From: a virus
Taxonomy: Duplodnaviria > Caudoviricetes
Reading direction: 5' to 3' (one strand)
Virus record (IMG/VR): IMGVR_UViG_3300049044_000064
Coordinates: 1-33,272 of that record
DNA length: 33,272 nt
In this document: positions 1-6,900 of the stretch, piece by piece
Numbering within the stretch: position 1 is the stretch's first letter
Layout of the letters: every line of letters starts with the position of its first letter
Notes under the pieces: model-generated
The model's input: the letters and a program-made list of their open reading frames with translations, nothing else
The model's database searches: none
Told to the model about the DNA's origin: nothing
Made by a program: the position numbers and the translations under genes

Positions 1-558
1 GGGGAGGGCGCGGCGAATCTCGTCATCGACATGGCAGGACTCGCAAAGGCGGTTATTGCCGTGGCCGTCATCTTGGCAGGTGCAGGCGGGCAGAAGCCTT
101 TGAGCCTGGGCCAGTAACCGGGCCATTTCCCCCATACGGGAGAGGCGGGCAACCAAAGCTTCCCTTGCGACGTAGAACAGGGCCAAAAGTTCAGCCTCTT
201 CTTCGCTCGCAATCCTGGCGCGCTCATGGGCTACCGTGGCATCCAGGAAGGCGTCGACCAGGGCGTCAGGGGTGAGGGCTGGCCCCTCCAGGGATTTAGG
301 ACTGGACGGTTCCGGCTTCGCCTCCACCGCTTCAATACGGCGGAAGTAGAAGCACATATCATTGAGGTGGACAATCTCACCGACACACCAAGCGGGATTC
401 TCTCCCCATGCCGCTGCGTGCTTGTAGAGGGTGGAGCCTCCTTTCAGGATTTCTTCCCCGAGCTGGAGAACGCGCCACCCTGCCGGGATAGGAAAGAGCG
501 GCTTTTCCGAAATTGAGGGCGAAGCCCCCGAGAGATTCTTATCTTGATTCGTATCCAT
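1..558 (-). CDS. Modular early phage protein, truncated at the window edge (>=186 aa, MDTNQDKNLSG...CTCQDDGHGNNRLCESCHVDDEIRRALP)
   Basis: Not in the ORF track because there is no stop in the window. ATG at 558 has a GGAAGG Shine-Dalgarno (SD) upstream, the frame stays open to base 1, and there is a CxC...CxxC motif near the edge. Confidence 0.75.
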   Translation of the reverse strand, partial: MDTNQDKNLSGASPSISEKPLFPIPAGWRVLQLGEEILKGGSTLYKHAAAWGENPAWCVGEIVHLNDMCFYFRRIEAVEAKPEPSSPKSLEGPALTPDALVDAFLDATVAHERARIASEEEAELLALFYVAREALVARLSRMGEMARLLAQAQRLLPACTCQDDGHGNNRLCESCHVDDEIRRALP

Positions 559-625
559 GCGATACCTTCCTTTCAAGGTTCGTGTGTGAGGCGCTTCCAG
601 CGGTCAGGCTGGAGGCGCTTTTCGT

Positions 626-856
626 TTACGCCCTGATGGGCCAAGCCTTTGCTTCTTCCATGGTGCGGGCTCCCAGTGCATTGGCTAGGGTGCTGCGGTC
701 CTCGTGCGAGAGGCTGAGAGCCCACTTGCGCCTCTCCCAAAACCCCTTGAAGCTGCCCCATTCGGCCAAAAGGGCGGCGGGCTGGAGGGAGGGGCGGGGA
801 GCGGTTACACTGCCCGGAATTGCCGCTATTTCTTTTTCCGTCATGATGTTATCCAT
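626..856 (-). CDS. Hypothetical early protein (76 aa)
   Basis: Start abuts the stop of the 857..1051 gene (TAA-ATG); same strand as the early operon. Confidence 0.6.
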   Translation of the reverse strand: MDNIMTEKEIAAIPGSVTAPRPSLQPAALLAEWGSFKGFWERRKWALSLSHEDRSTLANALGARTMEEAKAWPIRA

Positions 857-1051
857 TTATGCTCGTGCCGTTTCCGACATGCCCAGCTCGCGAGAGAGGG
901 CGTTAAGGGCGCGGCGGATGACGTGTTCGGAGTTGAACCGACCGGAGGCCTCCCGAGCTTCCAGAACCTTTCCAAGTTTCTGAATCCGGGGGGCATCTTC
1001 CTTGAAGCAGCGCCGTTGCGTAATGGCGAGTTTCTCGGTTAAGGTGACCAT
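857..1051 (-). CDS. Small DNA-binding protein in the Cro position, ribbon-helix-helix-like
   Basis: First gene divergent from the XRE repressor, with an AAGGA SD. The C-terminal NSEHVIRRALNAL resembles RHH helix B (inference). Confidence 0.65.
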   Translation of the reverse strand: MVTLTEKLAITQRRCFKEDAPRIQKLGKVLEAREASGRFNSEHVIRRALNALSRELGMSETARA

Positions 1052-1177
1052 ATTGTTATCCTTTGAATGACTGGATTAGTTATTCAGTAAGTTAGTTCGA
1101 TTATCGGGTAAATACCCGATTCGATCCGATATAAAACGGGTTATTATCGGAACGTATTGTTCCGCTTCATTCCATGG
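1052..1177. promoter_or_regulatory. Divergent immunity (lysis/lysogeny) control region with operator-like dyads
   Basis: AT-rich gap with three dyads: ATCGGGTA-AA-TACCCGAT (1103-1120), TCCGATA...TATCGGA (1125-1151) and CGGAAC-N5-GTTCCG (1148-1164). Confidence 0.7.
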
Positions 1178-1516
1178 GTGTCGAAATTGACTGAATTAGA
1201 AGAAATCCGGACGGCGCTGAATTTGTCCCAGGTGGATATGGGGAAGCTCTTGGGCGCAAAGGCGCAGAGCACCTATCAGCGGTGGGAGACATCCCCGACC
1301 AGCCCCGCCGCCAAAGAAGCCTTGGAGAGGGCGCGAGCGCTTTATTCGAAGAAGAAGGGAAAGGCCTGGGAGGCTCCGGCTGCTGCCGGCCCGGCGCTTA
1401 CCCGCGAGGAGTTCGCCGAGTGGCGCGGGTACTGGAAGAAGGGGACCGAGGAGCTTTTACAGCGCCTTGAGGATCTGGCCCGTAGAATTGATCAACTAGA
1501 GAAGCGGTCTTCTTAA
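1178..1516 (+). CDS. XRE-family HTH repressor (CI-like, no S24 peptidase domain)
   Basis: LEEIRTALNLSQVDMGKLLGAKAQSTYQRWE is an HTH_3-type pattern, followed by a C-terminal coiled coil (LLQRLEDLARRIDQLEK). Start is GTG 1178 or TTG 1157. Confidence 0.85.
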   Translation: MSKLTELEEIRTALNLSQVDMGKLLGAKAQSTYQRWETSPTSPAAKEALERARALYSKKKGKAWEAPAAAGPALTREEFAEWRGYWKKGTEELLQRLEDLARRIDQLEKRSS

Positions 1517-1903
1517 TGACCTTGCGTAGCTTGCGCGATACCTTACGATTCTTCACCATCTCTCCATTCTCCGCTGGGCCTTTCGACCTGTCGCAGCGGG
1601 CACAGGAGAAAAGCTACTTGTCCTCCAGGGACATAAGCTGCCATGGAGAAACTCAAGGTTACCTCCAGAATCTACAAGGCGCGCAAGGAAACACCGGTCG
1701 AAACTTTATGATTTTCTGGCCAAATGCGCGCATATATCAGGGTTTGTCCCCGTACCAATCGGTACGGCACCACGCCCGGTGGTGATATTATGCGCTTGAC
1801 ACCGAACCCCGATCTATGCTTCTCCCGTTTCCCTAGGGAAACCAGGGGAATACAGGGGAACAAAAGGGACGCCAAGGCGATGGATAAAATTTCCTCTTCC
1901 ATC

Positions 1904-2098
1904 ATGCCCAGGCCAGAGTACAAAGACCCGAAAATGAAAACCATTTACCTGGAAAAGGTTCGCCCCACGGCCAAGGATCAATTCCTGGACATTTGCCACA
2001 AATTGGATTTGAATCAGTCGGAGACTTTTGAAGAGGTGATCCAGTTCTATTACTCAAAACACAAGGTCAAGCCGCGGCCTTCGCGGAAGAAGGGCTAA
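1904..2098 (+). CDS. Small ribbon-helix-helix-like DNA-binding protein
   Basis: KTIYLEKVRPTAKDQFLDICHKLDLNQSETFEEVIQFY fits the strand-helix-helix RHH pattern. TAAAAT at 1885-1890 lies upstream. Start uncertain (frame is open from 1724). Confidence 0.6.
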   Translation: MPRPEYKDPKMKTIYLEKVRPTAKDQFLDICHKLDLNQSETFEEVIQFYYSKHKVKPRPSRKKG

Positions 2099-2100
2099 AG

Positions 2101-2643
2101 ATGCTTCGGATTATCCTGGTGGTTCTTTTCTCGGTCGCCGGGGCTTCCGGTCAATACTGCAATCTCGTGGGGGCGATGATTGTTGGCCAAGACAAGGATT
2201 ATTCCTTTCTTGGAATGGTCTCATTCAACCAATACGACACCGCATCCATCATGAACCCCTATGGCAATTATGGGTCCAAATTCAGCGCCACAAGCATATT
2301 CAACACGTTCGGGGATTTTGGAAGCCAATTCAGCGACGTTAGCCCAATGAACAAATTTGCAAACAAGCCGCCCGCAATCGTCGCGGTAGTTGGGGGTGAG
2401 GTTTACCTACTCGGGATGTTGAGCCTCAACAAATTCGCACTTCCGCCGGCGGAGTTTTCCGGGTCTGCACCCGTAATTGACCCGGAAGATCTGGTTGGCT
2501 TTTTGAAGTTTGGAAGTTGTCAGGTAGTGGCGGCGAGGAATCTAATTAGGCCGAAGATGTCAAAGCGTGGCGGGCCGGTTTTTGATCTTCTAGGGCGTCA
2601 GCCCATAAAATCTCCCCGGGAATTGCGCATATTCCAAAGGTGA
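2101..2643 (+). CDS. Secreted hypothetical protein (moron) with a duplicated SI-x-N-x-[YF]G-x-[YF]GS-x-FS motif
   Basis: Signal peptide MLRIILVVLFSVAGASG; SIMNPYGNYGSKFS / SIFNTFGDFGSQFS repeat; basic C-terminal tail with FDLLGR. Confidence 0.8.
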   Translation: MLRIILVVLFSVAGASGQYCNLVGAMIVGQDKDYSFLGMVSFNQYDTASIMNPYGNYGSKFSATSIFNTFGDFGSQFSDVSPMNKFANKPPAIVAVVGGEVYLLGMLSLNKFALPPAEFSGSAPVIDPEDLVGFLKFGSCQVVAARNLIRPKMSKRGGPVFDLLGRQPIKSPRELRIFQR

Positions 2644-2729
2644 CCGCATTCACGGGCGAAGCCCACCCATATCCTTACCTTGTGGGCATGGATACCATTA
2701 TCATGTCCCCCGAGGAAGTCTGGGCCCTG

Positions 2730-2939
2730 CTATCGAAACGGCCCCGCAGCCCCCAGCCGGCGCCAGCGAAGGACCCGCTTGAATGTCTCGATGCTGGCCC
2801 GCTCCCCTTCCATGGTTCGCTTCTGCGCATCCGTGAGGGTTTCCACCGTGGCCCGCCGCTCCCAATAGTCTAGATTCCGCTCGGCGGCGTCGATCCGGCT
2901 CTCGATCTCGTCATCCCTATCCTGATCTCTTGGGGGCAT
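2730..2939 (-). CDS. Hypothetical small helical protein (69 aa)
   Basis: Amphipathic charged helices (EIESRIDAAERNLDYWERR). TAAATT lies 7 nt upstream of the ATG. Overlaps a competing + strand ORF (2688..2873). Confidence 0.45.
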   Translation of the reverse strand: MPPRDQDRDDEIESRIDAAERNLDYWERRATVETLTDAQKRTMEGERASIETFKRVLRWRRLGAAGPFR

Positions 2940-2990
2940 GGGGAAAAATTTACAATGAATGCAGGGGCTGGAATTGTCCTTACGGAATGC

Positions 2991-4217
2991 TCATTGGTTT
3001 CGCGCCCATTCTACCGCTCGCCTTCCCACATCATCAGAGCTTGCAAAATCATGGGAAGCCTGCCTGCCAATCAGCGTAACCCCTAGACCCTCGATGAGAG
3101 TCTGGGACTGGCGGATTTTCTCAATCTCGTTTTTCCGGTAAACGGGATAGGCGCCCTCAGTGATGTGATGTCCCAGGAAATGTAGGGCACCCTGGATCAA
3201 TCCAAGGGATTTCCCATGGGCTTCAAAATCATCTCGCAAAGACAGGACATCCTGCTCCGTTGGCTTCAGGGTACACTCGACGGCGAAATAATCGGATCCG
3301 TTTTCCAATCCATAGAATCGAGAGAATACAGTCACCCGCTTCCACCTGCCAGCTGGGCTGTAGTTGAAAAGAACAGGACCATTGAACCCCATTCCGCCCG
3401 TATGCTTATAGAACAAGGTTAGGAGCCGAATGGAATCAGCCTTAGCCTCGAAAGGCACCCCAAGCCAATTACAGGATGCCCTAAGCGGTAGGGTTGAAAG
3501 GATTCGCTTCCCCTGGATCTGATTCGGATGGACGGCCTGGCCAAGATTTACCTTAACACCCTCCGCCTCGAGCTTTCCTTGGATAATGGAAAACAGCACC
3601 CCAAAGCCAGCCTTGGGCCGGACGAAACATTTATGGGCGACCTTCTTTTTCTTCAGGCGCTTCTTGATCTGGTGGCGGATCCCGGCCATCTTCCCCAGGT
3701 AGGAAAGGCGCTGCCGGCTGAATTCAATATCAATTTCATCTACAGGAAGCTGATACAGGCGCTCGATGTAATTCCGAAGGCCCCCGTTTTCATAGAATCG
3801 TCGGCCGATATAATATCGAATATAGGAATCAAGATCAGCCTTGCTTTTATGCCGAACCTTTGAAAGGGCGACATCGGCAACGGCCACAGCTGTATTCAGG
3901 ACTCCGAAATCCCGAACATACCCTGCAAGGCTCATCGGATATCGGTCGAAGCTTCGAGGCTTCCGGATCGCCTGCGCGATCGAACTGGCTGGGATCATCC
4001 TCTCCAGGAGCCCATCGAAGGTCGAAAACAAAGGGTTGTTCGAATAAAGGAGAATGGTCCCGATATCGAAGACCAAGCCGTCAAGTGTGACGTTTTTGAA
4101 AAATCCACCGAGTTGGGGTTCTTTTTCAAAAAGAGTAACCTGGTGACCTCGCTTCGCCAATTCCATGGCGGCAATGCAACCCGACACACCCCCGCCTAAA
4201 ATTGACCATTCTGCCAT
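2991..4217 (-). CDS. FAD-dependent oxidoreductase (HemY/protoporphyrinogen-oxidase-like or UDP-galactopyranose-mutase-like superfamily)
   Basis: N-terminal Rossmann motif ILGGGVSG...VTLFEK...LGG, FDIG, and C-terminal AYPVY and LIGRQA motifs. Visibly more AT-rich than the structural genes. Confidence 0.85.
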   Translation of the reverse strand: MAEWSILGGGVSGCIAAMELAKRGHQVTLFEKEPQLGGFFKNVTLDGLVFDIGTILLYSNNPLFSTFDGLLERMIPASSIAQAIRKPRSFDRYPMSLAGYVRDFGVLNTAVAVADVALSKVRHKSKADLDSYIRYYIGRRFYENGGLRNYIERLYQLPVDEIDIEFSRQRLSYLGKMAGIRHQIKKRLKKKKVAHKCFVRPKAGFGVLFSIIQGKLEAEGVKVNLGQAVHPNQIQGKRILSTLPLRASCNWLGVPFEAKADSIRLLTLFYKHTGGMGFNGPVLFNYSPAGRWKRVTVFSRFYGLENGSDYFAVECTLKPTEQDVLSLRDDFEAHGKSLGLIQGALHFLGHHITEGAYPVYRKNEIEKIRQSQTLIEGLGVTLIGRQASHDFASSDDVGRRAVEWARNQ

Positions 4218-4239
4218 GGGCAAAAGGTAATAATCCAGG

Positions 4240-6900
4240 CTATTCGGTGTCCGGCTCCAGCATCAGGGAAATCTCGATGTAATCCTTTTCAAGGCCGGGT
4301 ACGATCGCCTTGCGGACAATCCAGCCGACTTCCGCGCCGGCCTCGGGGTCCAGATCCGTGGACTCCAGGCCATCGTTGAAAATGACCGCGTCCAGCAGTT
4401 CCAGGGCGGCATTATCCGCCGTGTTCGGCAGCTGGTACGGAACCACTTCTTTGCGGAAAGGCCACCATTCCACGCCCTCGAGGAGGTAGAGCAGGGCGGC
4501 GTTGTTCGCCGCGGTCAGGCCCCATTCCGTTTCCACATCCGGGAACCATTTGCAATTCGCCAGCTCATCCGGCAGCTTCTGGATGAGGCCATATTTCTCC
4601 CAGGATAGGTGCAGCTTTGCCCAGGCACCGGCGGCCGTTGCGTACTGGGCATCCGTGAAGCCGATGGCGAATGATTTCCACTCAGGATTCCCGGAGCCGT
4701 CCAGGGTGGCCTGGGCCGGGAATTCATCCTCATCGATCCGGGTCACCTTGAAAAACTTGTCGTATTTCTGGGAGCCGGAATTCCATGCATAGCGGATTTC
4801 GATATCGTTGTATAGATTGGCCAGGCTGGTCGGCGCATGCGCCCCGATGGTTCCCGTATTGATCACGCTCATGTCGTGGGTGGCGCCCGGGTTGACCCCC
4901 ATCCATTCCTTGACCGCGCGTGTGCCGTCGTTCCTGGGGATGATTCCGAAGAACCCGAACCGGGCCAGGTCTCGGCAGAGGTCGAAGGTGTTCGCTTCCT
5001 CGGAAATCTGGCGGCCAATGCTCCAGGCGCGCTTCGCTCCCGTCGTGGGGTCGCCTAGGGCATTGAACGAGCTGGTATCGATGGCTTCCGGGTGGCCGTC
5101 GTATTCGCGTATCAGGTGCTCGATGGCGTCCGCAGGGTTTGTTATCGCATCCCCTGCCGTCCTGCGGCTGCCCCAGGTGCTCTGGTACACCTCGCCCATC
5201 AGGTCCGAATAGACTGGCTCCGATCCGAAATTCACGGCATTCTTCCCGACGAATCCAACCTCTTTCAGGGTCATGACGTAGGTATTGCCGGCGGTCTTTG
5301 CGTATCCAAGCTGCAGGGAGATTTTCGGGTAGGAGATATTGGCATTGATGTTCCCCAAGATCGAAGAGATCGAGAGGAGAGCTTTGGATTTGAAGAACTC
5401 TTCACTGTCCGTCCCCGACCCATAATAAGCCGCTGGCAGGGAGTAGAAGGGAACCGGGGACGTTCCGAGGGTTGCATTGTAAAGGGTTTTGGCGGACAGG
5501 GAGGTCGGGGCCCGGCCATACAAATCGAAGGTATGCAGGGTCGCCTCGATCAAAATCGATTCCGCAAGGAGGTTCACGTTATGGGTGAAGTCCAGGAGAA
5601 TGAAGACATCATCGAAGCTGGTCAAGTCCACCCCGGCGGGCAGGTCGACGTTCAGAATGAAATTGCCGCTACTGCTGCCCGAACTTCCCGAGAAAACGTA
5701 ATCGGTCGACTGGTCCTGGTCTCGCAGATCGGGGTAGTCTACAGCAAGTCCCGGGCCGGTGTTCGTGACATTGGTTTGCGCCTGCACCGATACCCGGGAG
5801 GGAACGATCCGGGTGTAGGTATTGATGGCTCCGCCGGATTCGATGCTTTTCGCGGCAACGTGGAAGCCGGGGAAGCCAGTCGATTCGATATCCTCGACGT
5901 CGGATTCCAGGCCCACCCGGGAAACATCCTCGAAGGCCTCCGCGCCCGAGTCGTAGGTCTGTATGTTCGAATCCCCTTGGCTGTTCTCTTTAAACTCCTT
6001 GATCGGCAGGGAGGATGCGAGCAGGGTCACGGAATTTCGGGAAACCTTGAAGTACCAGACCGAATCCGAGGAGCTGGCAATATTCCAGGCGACGAAGGCC
6101 GTCGTTACGTCCAGGATCTCTTCAAGGACCACCACGGTAATCTCAGTTCCGCCATCCGTGGCTACATTCGACCGGATCCGCCTGGATTGCTCGACCCCGC
6201 CGGCCACCACATTCAGAAAGGCACCGACCAGGAAAGGCGAGTCGGCGACGAAGCTTTTGCCCTTGGTGTACAGGCTGAGAGACAGGGTCGCGGGCGTCCA
6301 GACCGTGGCGCCGGCGACGGTCCAATTAATGGCGTTGATGATGCAGAGGGTCACGTCCTCGGGTTCCGAGGATACGGCCAGGAGGGGGGCCTTGGTGACG
6401 TATCCCAGGGCAATGGGGATCGGTTTTCCCTTCGAGGCCTTGCTGGCCGTTGGGAACCGAACATCATCCACCTTATCGCCGGTCGTGGTCCGGTGAATCC
6501 CCCGGAACCCATCCATACACTGGATCTGGATTTCGGTTTCGTCATAGGACCAGTCCCCGATCTTCCCGGTCCAGTCCTGGGTGGCCACGCCGTCCCGGAA
6601 GGTGTAGAAGATGATTTCTTTCTGAATCAGGTTCAGGCCCAGGTCCCGGATCCGGTCGGCCAGGTCGCCGGTATTGTCGATTTTCAGGCTGAAGCCGGAC
6701 ATGGTGGCATAGGATCCGCCCGCCGAAATCTCGATTTCCTGGGATACGGGGGAAAAGGAATCCTTGGAAACAATCCCCTCCTTCCCCCAGGACATGCCGG
6801 AGCTCCCGGTCTGCCATTTGATGACTCCAGAAATCGCCCCCATCGCCGGATCGGTGAACCCTTGCTCGGTGTTGATTTGGACGCCGTATTCGATATCCAT
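4240..6900 (-). CDS. Tail tip/baseplate hub protein (886 aa)
   Basis: Last large gene of the tail cluster. It carries GKPIPIALG, NPADAIEHLIRE, LYNDIEIRY and LELLDAV segments typical of siphovirus hub/central tail proteins. Confidence 0.75.
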   Translation of the reverse strand: MDIEYGVQINTEQGFTDPAMGAISGVIKWQTGSSGMSWGKEGIVSKDSFSPVSQEIEISAGGSYATMSGFSLKIDNTGDLADRIRDLGLNLIQKEIIFYTFRDGVATQDWTGKIGDWSYDETEIQIQCMDGFRGIHRTTTGDKVDDVRFPTASKASKGKPIPIALGYVTKAPLLAVSSEPEDVTLCIINAINWTVAGATVWTPATLSLSLYTKGKSFVADSPFLVGAFLNVVAGGVEQSRRIRSNVATDGGTEITVVVLEEILDVTTAFVAWNIASSSDSVWYFKVSRNSVTLLASSLPIKEFKENSQGDSNIQTYDSGAEAFEDVSRVGLESDVEDIESTGFPGFHVAAKSIESGGAINTYTRIVPSRVSVQAQTNVTNTGPGLAVDYPDLRDQDQSTDYVFSGSSGSSSGNFILNVDLPAGVDLTSFDDVFILLDFTHNVNLLAESILIEATLHTFDLYGRAPTSLSAKTLYNATLGTSPVPFYSLPAAYYGSGTDSEEFFKSKALLSISSILGNINANISYPKISLQLGYAKTAGNTYVMTLKEVGFVGKNAVNFGSEPVYSDLMGEVYQSTWGSRRTAGDAITNPADAIEHLIREYDGHPEAIDTSSFNALGDPTTGAKRAWSIGRQISEEANTFDLCRDLARFGFFGIIPRNDGTRAVKEWMGVNPGATHDMSVINTGTIGAHAPTSLANLYNDIEIRYAWNSGSQKYDKFFKVTRIDEDEFPAQATLDGSGNPEWKSFAIGFTDAQYATAAGAWAKLHLSWEKYGLIQKLPDELANCKWFPDVETEWGLTAANNAALLYLLEGVEWWPFRKEVVPYQLPNTADNAALELLDAVIFNDGLESTDLDPEAGAEVGWIVRKAIVPGLEKDYIEISLMLEPDTE

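Noticed and set aside
1-15. Resemblance of the window start (GGGGAGGGCGCGGCG) to the window end (GGGGGAGGCGATGGCG) as a terminal repeat
   Set aside because: Short and not identical; insufficient to claim circular overlap.
226-1042. + strand ORFs 226..516, 513..983 and 704..1042
   Set aside because: They overlap the minus-strand early genes, which have SDs and translational coupling.
1516-1785. 89-aa ORF coupled to the repressor stop (TAATG)
   Set aside because: No recognisable motif or protein-like pattern; cannot be supported, though not excluded.
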